NCBI GenBank assembly: GCA_965240325.2
Contig: OZ251237.1
Coordinates: 1,488,001 to 1,552,000 of the forward strand
Length of the DNA stretch: 64,000 nucleotides
Source of the DNA: Rebecca billardiae RCC1528
Taxonomy: Eukaryota; Protista; Haptophyta
Reading direction: 5' to 3'
The notes beneath the pieces are model-generated. The model was not told the origin of the DNA. It ran no database searches and worked only from the letters and a program-made list of their open reading frames with translations. The stretch's first letter is position 1; each line of letters opens with the position of its first letter. A program made the translations under genes and the position numbers. This document shows, one piece after another, positions 44,581-54,187 of this stretch.

Positions 44581-46391
44581 TAGGGGGTCCAAGCCGCGGA
44601 ATTAAAAATCGAAAATCGACTGACCGATTTCGCGGTGACCATTTCCGAACATTGTTGCCTCGAATTGCGGCAGCACGGGCCGCGGCCGTTCAGAGCACGG
44701 TCGAGCCCGAGATCGGGCGAGTAGCACGCCTGGGCGGTGGACTTCATCGTCGCGTCGGCGCGGCGGAGCGCGCTCTGGCGTCAGAGGCGCGCGGGCGGGC
44801 GAGTCAGGGTGGCCACCATGACAGCGGTCGACCAAATGATCGCTGGCAGCTCGCTCTCACCGGACATCTTGAACCTCACAGCCCCGCTCTGCGCGCCGTT
44901 CGAACTCTCATCCGGATGAGCGCGGACAACGCAGCCCCGGTTTCAGGTGAAGCGTGCACGCTGCGCGCTGGTTTACACCTGGTTTAGCTTGTCCATGATG
45001 AGCATGAATGACCCCCCGGCGCTCGGCCTGGTGCGTGCAGTGCTCACCTCCCCACGCGCTGCGCATGCACTCGCGCGATCGCTGGCCGCTCGTTCGCAAA
45101 CGGGAGTGCGCGGCAGTCGTGGGTGGTAAGCAAGCTCGGCGACCCTGTGTACGCGCGGGGCCTGTCTTCCAGCTCACAGTAGTACCGCCAGAAGCTCCAG
45201 CCGGCACGTGTCGGCTTGTTTGTTGTGCCACTTGGCGTGCCGCTTGGCTGCATGCAGCAGCCGAGCTGCGCTGAGGCGAAGAGCGTGCACCTTGTCACGA
45301 ACGTCAAGCTTGCTGCGGAGCAAACGCGCGCCGCCAAGCTCCGCTATGACCGCTGCCACATCTGCACACCGTGTCTTCGTCTCGGGAGTGCCTGCGCCAC
45401 TGTTGGCGGCCGTCTTGGAGCAGCGCGCGGACTGCATGATGCTCGGGGCAGGAGTGCTGCTGGGCGCGGCAGTGGAGGCAGAGAGCTCAACGCTCGCCAC
45501 CGAGCAGCTCGCAGAGTCAGAGGTAAGCTGGAGCAGCCTCGACTGCAAGCGCTGTAGCCGCAGCAGAGGTGGACCGGCGGCGGCCTCGCGTGGGCTGGGG
45601 TACGACGAACGGCGACGGTGCCGGTGACACCTGAGTACGGGCAAGGAAGCCGCCCGGCACATGGCGAGCTAGTCTGCGCACGCCAGCCTCGACGGCGGAG
45701 AGGACTCTCACGCCGGGATGGTGGCGGCATGTTTAGTGGCGGAGTTGGCCGTGTGCCGCAGCACGTGCAGCCCGCCACCGGCATCAGGCCCGCGTTCGCG
45801 GGCCGGCACTCACTGATGTGCTGAGTCCAGTGGCATGATGATGAGCCGTCTCGGCGCCGCCGTACTCCGTATTCGGATGACCCAGCAAGTAGTGAGCAAG
45901 GTACCCATGTATAGACACTCACTTGAATACATATGGCAAAATTAACCGCATTCGATATATAGTGGGTAACATGGTGCTTATATGCGGGTACATTCCCATA
46001 ATTAAATGGGTAATGTGCTCGATCTTGGAGTCGTTTTTCATGGACGTCTACGCGCACAGCATTGTGCCCCACTTTTTCGGTATTTTCACCATAAAATCCT
46101 CTGGATAGAGGGCAGCGCTTGTCAATAAGTAAGTCCGACCGCGTATCGTCATCTAGCTGCCATGACAAGTAGGTAACATTCGGCTGAATCTCTATGTGAC
46201 ACAGCGGGCGCCGCTGCGTGCGCGCGCGGCCGCGCGACGACACGCGGAGTCGGTTTTTAGTGCTTCTGGCGGCTGGGCTGGGCTCTGGGACATATTTGAG
46301 GGTGACTCCGCAAGCGTCACGCTCATCAGACGCCTACATGGCATGGTTGTCAAATATCACCAATCGGTGGGCTGCTGGCTTGGACCCCCTA
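44581..46391. mobile_element. hAT-like non-autonomous DNA transposon
   Basis: 15-bp perfect TIR TAGGGGGTCCAAGCC and a 7-bp TSD TCATGCT (44574-44580 / 46392-46398). The interior has only broken ORFs. Confidence 0.85.
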
Positions 46392-46786
46392 TCATGCTGA
46401 TGCTGCCGCGGTGCAGTTCCGTAATCGTCCGTTACTGTCAAACCCGATACGATTACTCTAGCTGAGTGCCGCAGTCCCGGTCCGTCGCCAGACGACGCTC
46501 GATCCGGGGGCTGGCCGCAGCGGACTCGCGGCGCGGGATTCGTCTCCGGGCCGCCGGCCGCGCGCCCGGCCGGCCGAGTAGGCGAGTACCGAGTCCGAGA
46601 CGGTCCATGTTCCTCAGTAGGAGACAGGCGACAGTCTCAGTCCGTTGCAGCACTGGGCCTCTCAGTCCTCGAAGGGCGTCGGACGCCGGCGCACCGCAGG
46701 CGCGCGGGCCGCATCACGCTTCAAAGTGGCACACTGAGGTGCACGGCCACGCCGAGGGTTGGTGAGCCTGAAGTCGCCGCCCCCGA

Positions 46787-47119
46787 TCACGGCTGCTGCG
46801 AGGATGCGCCACTCATGAGCGGTGCTTGTTCCCCGGCCGACCGGGGGCTTCGATCCAGAGCGCACCAGGGGCAGAAGCACCAGCCGATGAGCAGCGCGAG
46901 GCCTCCGAGCGACAGCGGCCGCACATGCGCGTATAATCCGACGGCCACCATCATGCAGAACGCGAGCAGCAGCGCGAAGAGGCCAATATTGCGCGTGGTG
47001 AAAGGCGGCACCTTGCGGTGGTGGCGGCTGTACGCAATCAGACGGGGCGGTCGGCGCTCATCGGGGGTCTCCTCCTCCTCGATGACCGGGTCGTGTGCGT
47101 CCTCGTCGTCATGGTCCAT
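46787..47119 (-). CDS. Small two-transmembrane hypothetical protein
   Basis: Hydrophobic segments IGLFALLLAFCMMVAVGLYA and LSLGGLALLIGWCFCPWC. Confidence 0.6.
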   Translation of the reverse strand: MDHDDEDAHDPVIEEEETPDERRPPRLIAYSRHHRKVPPFTTRNIGLFALLLAFCMMVAVGLYAHVRPLSLGGLALLIGWCFCPWCALDRSPRSAGEQAPLMSGASSQQP

Positions 47120-47334
47120 GGCCGTGGCGAGTCCGACGACCGGGCACACGACCGCGCGACCGGCGAGGGCCCACTCGAGCTGCTTGGCGGCCGCCCGGCG
47201 TGTTGGGCCGGACAAAGATGGCGGCGGAAGAGTCCGGAGGAAGGCACTCGAACCGCGCGGCGTCAGGGGTCAACGTCTCAACGACAACGTGCAGGTCAAA
47301 GCCGTCCGGCCAGGGGTGCTGTGCGCTGCACGCG

Positions 47335-48155
47335 ATGGCCTCCTGCGGCCTGACCTTCCCGTTCGAGCTGCACCCCGCGTTTTACTCGGCATACCTGCGC
47401 AGCGACGACCCAGAGGCCGAGTTTGGGATCCCCGTTGTCAAGATTGGACAGGGCTCCGGGGAGAAGGACGACGTTGGCTTCCCCTTCCCCGAGGTGTGCG
47501 TGTGCGCGCGCGCGCATGCTTGAGCGGAGTGCGCGTGCGGCGCCGTGGGCTGAGGGCCGACGCCGCCCTCCCGCGTCGCGCGCGCCTACAGCCCGGCTTC
47601 ATCATCGTCATCGAGCGTCTGTACTGGCGATCGGCCAAGTCGCGCACGCAGCAGCGACGGCGCGAGACGGAGGACGGCTTCTCCTGGCTGAGCTCATCGT
47701 CCACGCGGCCGTCCGTCGTCTCGCTGCCGACCGGCGAGAAGCTCGTGACGGAGTACCTGTACAGGCGGGATCGCAGCCAGGCGACGGACGCGCTGAGTAG
47801 TCTGCAGAAGCACGAGATGTGGCTGCTGCCCGCAGACTACGAGCTGATCGCTCGCGCGCCGCCGGGCGCGCGAGCAAGCCACGCAAACGCCCGGCGGCCG
47901 AGCACGCCGATGCCGGTGCGCTGCTTGGTGCACTACCTGTGCAAGCAGATGGCGACGTGGAAGATGGCCGTCCCGCGCGTCCGCCAGGTGCCGCTNNNNN
48001 NNNNNNNNNNNNNNNNNNNNNNNNNNNNNNNNNNNNNNNNNNNNNNNNNNNNNNNNNNNNNNNNNNNNNNNNNNNNNNNNNNNNNNNNNNNNNNNCCGGC
48101 GCCGGCCGCCGACGAGCCGACTGCTACGATACTAGGGAAAGCTGCGCAGTCGTGA
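47335..48155 (+). CDS. Hypothetical protein interrupted by an assembly gap
   Basis: Exon MASCGLTFPFELHP...FPFPE, a GT-AG intron ~47494-47591, then exon PGFIIVIERLYW... running into the Ns. 3' end unknown. Confidence 0.6.
47996..48095. other. Scaffold gap (100 N)
   Basis: Run of N. Confidence 1.
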
Positions 48156-49550
48156 GACGGCGGCCGTGTTGTCAGCCTGGCCAGCGGCGCAAACCGCCGC
48201 CTTGTGCCCACGCGCGGCCCCGCCAGCGGCCGTCCCACCGGCCGCTGCCGACGAGCTCGCATGCCCTGGCTCGGGCGTGCCGCCGCCTAATCGGCCCGCC
48301 ATCGCAGCAGCTGCGCCGCCGCCGTTGGACGCGCCATGGCTCCCGTAGGCGCCAGGGTACCCCGCCAGCGTCTTGAGCTCGACGCGCGAGCCGACGGACT
48401 GCGCCACCGCGTCCTGCACCGCATGTTGCCGCGCCGCGTCCACGCGCGCGCGCGCCGTGTGCAGCAGCGAGGTGAGGCTGAAGTAGTACTTGGCAAAGAC
48501 GCTCGAGCGCACGTGCAGGTTGTACTGCAGCGCCTCGCAGAAGAACGCCTCGAGCTCGTTGATATCCACCAGGTTCCAGTCCGGGAACGCCTCGGTCAGG
48601 TCGACGTTCCACACCAGCTCGTCGTACAGCAGCTTGGCGGCCGCGAGCAGCCCGGCGAGCAGCATCCGCCTCCAGGTGTCGGGCTGCAGCGGCCAGGCGT
48701 TGAGGTCCATCACGCGCTCCATGTAGATGAGCGTCATCACCAGGATCGACACGTCGATGTCCAGCCGCCGGTGCAGGCTCGCCACGAACACGTACACCGT
48801 CGTCACGCCCGGCGTCGCGTCGAGCGCCTCCTTGGCCGTGTCCGCCTCCAGCGGCCGCAGCCGCTCCGAAAACCGGTCGTACTTCTGCGGGCGGAACTGC
48901 GCGGGGCGGCGCTCGGACGCGCGCATGTGCGTGTGCAGCGCGATCGCAATCCCGCGGAGCACCGCCTCCGTCTCGGGCGAGTGCCAGATATCCAGCCCGG
49001 GCAGCTTGGAGATCACGCTCGTGCTCACGTGCCGATTGCTGATGGCCGGCACGGCGCCGCCCTTGCGCGACGCGCCGGGTGCGTCCTTCGCCGGCGTGGG
49101 GACGGTGGGGACGGACAAGGTCGACGACGAGCGCGGAGCCTCCACCGACGCGCATGCGGACGGCAGCGAGCTCGACGGCGGCGACATCGACTCGCTGCTC
49201 GGCGCGCTGACAAAGGATGGCTGCTCGCTCTCAAGCTCGGGCACAGGCGCGGGCTGCTGGCTTGGCAGCTCAGTGAAGGCAGGGCTGTTGATGGCCGCCT
49301 GGCTGAAGCGCGCGCTGAAGGGAAAAGGCGCCGACGTCGAGCGGCGGTGCCCCCGCTCCCGATCCCGGCCGGAAGGGTCGAGCCCCTCGAGGTACATCGC
49401 GTCGGTCAGGCACCGCCGCCTTCCAGCAGGCTTCCTCCACCTGCCACTGCCGACGCGCGGCCGCTGCACTGTCATTGGCAAGGGTGCGGCCGCGGGAATT
49501 TCCTTCAGCGCCAGCGGCGGGAGGCACGCGTGTCCCTTGGCGCGCGTCAT
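48132..49550 (-). CDS. CCNY: Cyclin Y-like protein
   Basis: FSERLRPL, TLIYMER, WRRMLLAGLLAAAKLLYDELVWNVD and INELE...LQYNLHVRSSVFAKYYFSL match the cyclin Y box. Start and 3' end uncertain. Confidence 0.85.
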   Translation of the reverse strand: MTRAKGHACLPPLALKEIPAAAPLPMTVQRPRVGSGRWRKPAGRRRCLTDAMYLEGLDPSGRDRERGHRRSTSAPFPFSARFSQAAINSPAFTELPSQQPAPVPELESEQPSFVSAPSSESMSPPSSSLPSACASVEAPRSSSTLSVPTVPTPAKDAPGASRKGGAVPAISNRHVSTSVISKLPGLDIWHSPETEAVLRGIAIALHTHMRASERRPAQFRPQKYDRFSERLRPLEADTAKEALDATPGVTTVYVFVASLHRRLDIDVSILVMTLIYMERVMDLNAWPLQPDTWRRMLLAGLLAAAKLLYDELVWNVDLTEAFPDWNLVDINELEAFFCEALQYNLHVRSSVFAKYYFSLTSLLHTARARVDAARQHAVQDAVAQSVGSRVELKTLAGYPGAYGSHGASNGGGAAAAMAGRLGGGTPEPGHASSSAAAGGTAAGGAARGHKAAVCAAGQADNTAAVSRLRSFP

Positions 49551-49604
49551 CGTGGCCGCGACCGTACATATCCGGCTGATTGCTGCTGCATCGGCCGTGA
49601 CACG

Positions 49605-50309
49605 ATGAGGCACTCGCTCGTGCTCATGGCGTCGCTGGTCGGCGTGGGGGAGGCGTTCCACGCGCCCTCGTCGGCGCTGGCCGGCCGCGCAGCCCTCGCG
49701 CGCTCGGCCCTTGCGCCAGCCGCGCACAGCTGCTCGATGGAAGTGAAGCAGCCGCGGCGAGACGAGAAGGGCTACATCATCCCAGACGATCTCGACTTCG
49801 ATCTGCGCGCGGGTGTGTCGAAAGAGCTGGGGGCGTCGAAGCTGAAGGAGGTGCCACCGCCAATCGAGGAGCTGCTCGAGAAGGCGCGCTCGGCGCCCGA
49901 CTCGCTCATGTTCGCCGAGACCATCGACGCGATCGACAAGGCGTTCGAGTTCTTTGGCACGCGCTTTGTGAACGGCGCGGTCGAGTCAAAGGACACGGAG
50001 AACCAGGGCTCGTCGAAGGTGCTCTCGCTCGCGAAGCTGTTCGACCTGCCGACAGACGTGGTGCTGTCGCTCTTTGGCGAGCACTACCGCGCGGTCAAGC
50101 AGGATCCGAGCGGCTCCGACCACGCCAACATCCGCGCGCTGATGCAGACTGGGGTGGAGGCCGTCACATTCCCCAACGGGCTGAGCCTCACGCCGCGCAA
50201 GGGCTCGTGGGACGGGACGAAGTACTCGAGCGACAGCGGGCTCGCTGAGTCGGCGACCGTCCAGGGAGAGGCTGAGTGGGATGTCGAGTCGGACATCTGG
50301 ATCCCGTGA
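49605..50309 (+). CDS. HopJ type III effector-family protein, predicted plastid-targeted
   Basis: FAETIDAID, FVNGAVES...ENQGSSKVLS, LSLFGEHYRAV..DPSGSDHANIRALMQTG. The leader GEA-FHAP resembles the ASA-FAP complex-plastid motif. Confidence 0.85.
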   Translation: MRHSLVLMASLVGVGEAFHAPSSALAGRAALARSALAPAAHSCSMEVKQPRRDEKGYIIPDDLDFDLRAGVSKELGASKLKEVPPPIEELLEKARSAPDSLMFAETIDAIDKAFEFFGTRFVNGAVESKDTENQGSSKVLSLAKLFDLPTDVVLSLFGEHYRAVKQDPSGSDHANIRALMQTGVEAVTFPNGLSLTPRKGSWDGTKYSSDSGLAESATVQGEAEWDVESDIWIP

Positions 50310-50601
50310 GCACCGGGCGAAGAGGGTACCGCCAACTCGGCGGACCCGCCGGACCGCGTGCCGCCGCGCGATCCGCTGCTGATTCGCGTCAGCCGACAGG
50401 CGACAGACAGGGCCAGACAGGCTCCGACACGAGCGGTGATGTCACGGATGCTAGTGATACCGGCACCTACGTCATCTCAATAACGAATATTTATTTTATA
50501 ATATGATTAAAGTCTGCTGAGCCTGATGCCACACTCAATCCCGGATTGTCGATCATAAGTATATATATTATATATATATGACGATCACGATATATATATA
50601 A

Positions 50602-50607
<6 letters not shown>

Positions 50608-50676
<69 letters not shown>
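50608..50676. repeat. (TA)n microsatellite
   Basis: Direct reading. Confidence 0.97.
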
Positions 50677-50679
<3 letters not shown>

Positions 50680-52690
50680 CCATCATAGATCATCATAATA
50701 TTATATGAAGCCATCGTCATCGTGCTGGTGGCACGTGTCCGTGAACAGTACGCGTGATAGCTAGGGTCCTCGTAGTCTTCCGCGACTACGACGGGGCCTT
50801 CAATTTCATACATCCGCCTCGGAGGTGCCAGCTGAATGAGTGCTGTCGCTTACAGACTCTTATAGGCTGCCTGCTAAGCTGCTACTGTAGTCACTGACTG
50901 TGAATTGTTGCCACAGCCGGTAAGACTAGTTGTGAGCGCATGAGAGCAGAGAGGGCGATCGATCATAAATCTGATTTACTGAGCAGTAGTTACTGACTGC
51001 GTTCGGCCGGATGCCAATGATCAGCTATTCGGCTGGCGTCTTGAGTCACCCGTAGTAGTACTATTAGCACTATGCAGTAGTCGCGCCGGCTACTGTATAC
51101 TGATCGCGGCCGCCAACGACCGATGATATGAGTTATTATATACAAGCAATGTTATAAGCTGCCAAGCAAATATCAGCCGGCAGTCTGCGGCGCAGCATGA
51201 AGTGACCGAGTCCGACGACTGCAAGTACAGCGGCATCCCTGGGCACCTACTACCTCCGTATGATCAGCATCGGCGACGACTCCCTCACCCGCGGCCAACG
51301 CGCTCACATCCTCCGCCTCCAATCAGTACATCGACAGACGAATCGGGAGAGCTGCGCCCTCGTGCCTGTGTCTTTTATTCATAGAATCGCAGCAGCACTC
51401 TCAGAAGCGGAAGAAGAAGCCTCGGCGCGGGAAGCGCGGGCCTCGGCGTGACGCGCAGGGCAGGCGGATTCGATCTCCATCGAGCCGCCGCACCTCGTCG
51501 CGGCGCGCCGTCGAGAAACGCCAGGAGCGCAAGGCGGCGCGGCTGGCGGCCTCTCTGCCCGCAGCACCTGCGCCTGCTCCAGCTGCTGTCCCCCACGCGG
51601 ACCGAGACTCGTCCATGGACGACGACTCGGACGACGAGGATGCGCAGCAGTCCGGGGCAAAGCGTACCCTGCACGCCGCAGCAGCGCCAGCCGCCGCCAG
51701 CAAGCCAGCTGAGCAGAGCGGCAAGCGCGCACGCGGCCGCGCAGGGCACACGGGGACGACTACATCACCGCCGGATCACCCGCCAGGGCCCAGCGGCTGA
51801 GACGGCCGTCTGACATCCGGACCTGCACCCTCGCCCTCGCTCGGGGCACAGCAGGTCCATGCGAGCCGCGCAGCGCAGGTGGATCGCGCTCCAGCAGCTC
51901 AAGGCCGCGCTCAAGCCATTCGATCGCGGTTCAGGCTATGCTCTGCCACCAGCGCCGACTTTGTGTCGACGATCGGGCACTGCCGACGACGAATCAGGAG
52001 ACCTGCGCCGTCCTACCTGTGTCGTTAAATCATAGAATGAGTATGAGGACCGGACAGTCTCCAGCTCCAAGTCCGAATTGCTGCAATATGCATCGCGAGC
52101 GCGGCGCGCCGCCGCGTGGGAGGCGGGACGGCCGCCTCAGCCGCAGCCGGCCCAGCGAGGGTCTTTGCCGCGGGCTGAGCCCTAGCTGCCGCAGCACAAG
52201 TCGAGACCATTGGGCTAGTTTCGTGAGCTCGCTGCTCAGATGGCGGTGGTCGAGCAGCGCCATCTTTGCCCAGCGCCATAAGGCCCCCTTGTCATCTCTA
52301 CTTCAGAGCGACTTCAGAGCCTTGTGCGTGTACTAGTCGCGGTACTAGATCAGCTGTGAGAGATCTGGGCTTCCGCTACACGCACAAGATGTTGCGGTCC
52401 GAGGCGCGGGGCTCTCGCTGCGACCCCATGCAACGCCGATGATGTTCGCTCGACGTGCGCGGCTGTACACGTATGCTGCACCTTTTGCAATCAATGTGCC
52501 CGTCGAGAGGCACGCACTTCCTCCGCCCTCGCGGCGCAACAGGCGCCAGCGCTGTACACTGCACACGCGCGCAGCCTATCGTCGGGCCCATACGCGATGC
52601 AGCGAGCGCGGGGATGGTTAGTCCTGAGTCCTGACCACCTCTGCCAGGAAGGAGTCCAGGACACATTCTGGAATTCGCAGTGTCCCCTGA

Positions 52691-53818
52691 CAAGGGCGGT
52701 AAGGGCTGTCAACTCCCAGTGGCGGCAGCGCCAGAGGTTGGCTCCCGCGTCGCTGCTGCGCGGCCTCGCTCCAGCGACTAACTCTCGTGGGCGCCCGCCC
52801 CGGGGGGCGAGTGGGGCGCGCACGGCGCGAGCTCCTGCGGCCGTGTACGCGCGCGCGGAGGCGGCGCGCGCGGCTGGGCAGGTGCTAGGGAGTGCATGTC
52901 GCCCTCCCACGCCGCGCGCCTTGCTCGCCGCCGCTTTCGCCGCGCCTCGGGCCAGCGCGCACGCGTGCGCCGCCTCCAGAGCCAGCCTCGGGCCCGCGGC
53001 AGCTGGCCGCGCGCGTGTGGTGCGCGGTCTGGTCGGCGCGAGTCGGTCGGGGCCATCGGGCGAGGTTCGCATACTTTAGACGCGCGCTCTGCCGCCGCGC
53101 GCCGCCGCGCACGGTTGTCATGGGTCGACACGCAAGCATCTTAGGTCTGACACGAACTGCAGCACGAATGCGAAAATGCTCATGTTTGGACGCTCATGGA
53201 GACGCTGAAGAGCACAACAGACGAGCGCAGGCGATGGAGAGCGGGGCAATGCACCCATTGGACGCCGTACACGCACCCAATGCGGCCGCCTATCACGCGC
53301 ATGGGCGCTCACTGTCGCGTGTTCGAGCTCATTTCTGCTTGTCGTGCATTCATCGATCAGCTTCCTTCAACAGCTTCACGGGATGGTACCGGGCCCATGC
53401 GCGGCGGCGCGCGGCGGCAGAGCGCGCGTCTAAAGTATGCGAACCTCGCCCGATGGCCCCGACCGACTCGCGCCGACCAGACCGCGCACCACACGCGCGC
53501 GGCCAGCTGCCGCGGGCCCGAGGCTGGCTCTGGAGGCGGCGCACGCGTGCGCGCTGGCCTGAGGCGCGGCGAAAGCGGCGGCGAGCAAGGCGCGCGGCGT
53601 GGGAGGGCGACATGCACTCCCTAGCACCTGCCCAGCCGCGCGCGCCGCCTCCGCGCGCGCGTACACGGCCGCAGGAGCTCGCGCCGTGCGCGTCCCACTC
53701 GCCCCCCGGGGCGGGCGCCCACGAGAGTTAGTCGCTGGAGCGAGGCCGCGCAGCAGCGAAGCGGGAGCCAACCTCTGGCGCTGCCGCCACTGGGAGTTGA
53801 CAGCCCTTACCGCCCTTG
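52691..53818. mobile_element. Young foldback/MITE-type element with 421-bp TIRs
   Basis: Arms 52691-53111 and 53398-53818 (about 3 mismatches seen). Termini CAAGGG...CCCTTG. 7-bp TSD CCCCTGA. Confidence 0.92.
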
Positions 53819-54187
53819 CCCCTGATTGGCCCCCCACGTCCCAACGTGCGTGACCTCGCTGTGCAGAGTGCGCTGGGGCCCCGAATCAGACTCCGGAAAA
53901 CCCCTGACGAATAAACCGGCCTCTGAAAAAGCTTTGACGATTTTCCTGCGCTGCACACGCCTGCTTGCACCTCGGCCGACGCCGAGGCGTGCTGCTGGTG
54001 GTATCCGCGGCAGCGGTCGGGGTTGGCCAGCCGCGGCTTGTTGGAGGTGTGCGGCCGTCGCCCGTTCGCGCGCTTCGGGCTCGCGGCGTGCCGAGCGCGA
54101 CCGCCTAGCTCGGTACGCGCGTGCGCTCACCCGCCTCCACGCCCGCGCCACGCGGTGCCAGGCGCGCAGCGCGAGGCCGCCGTCAGC

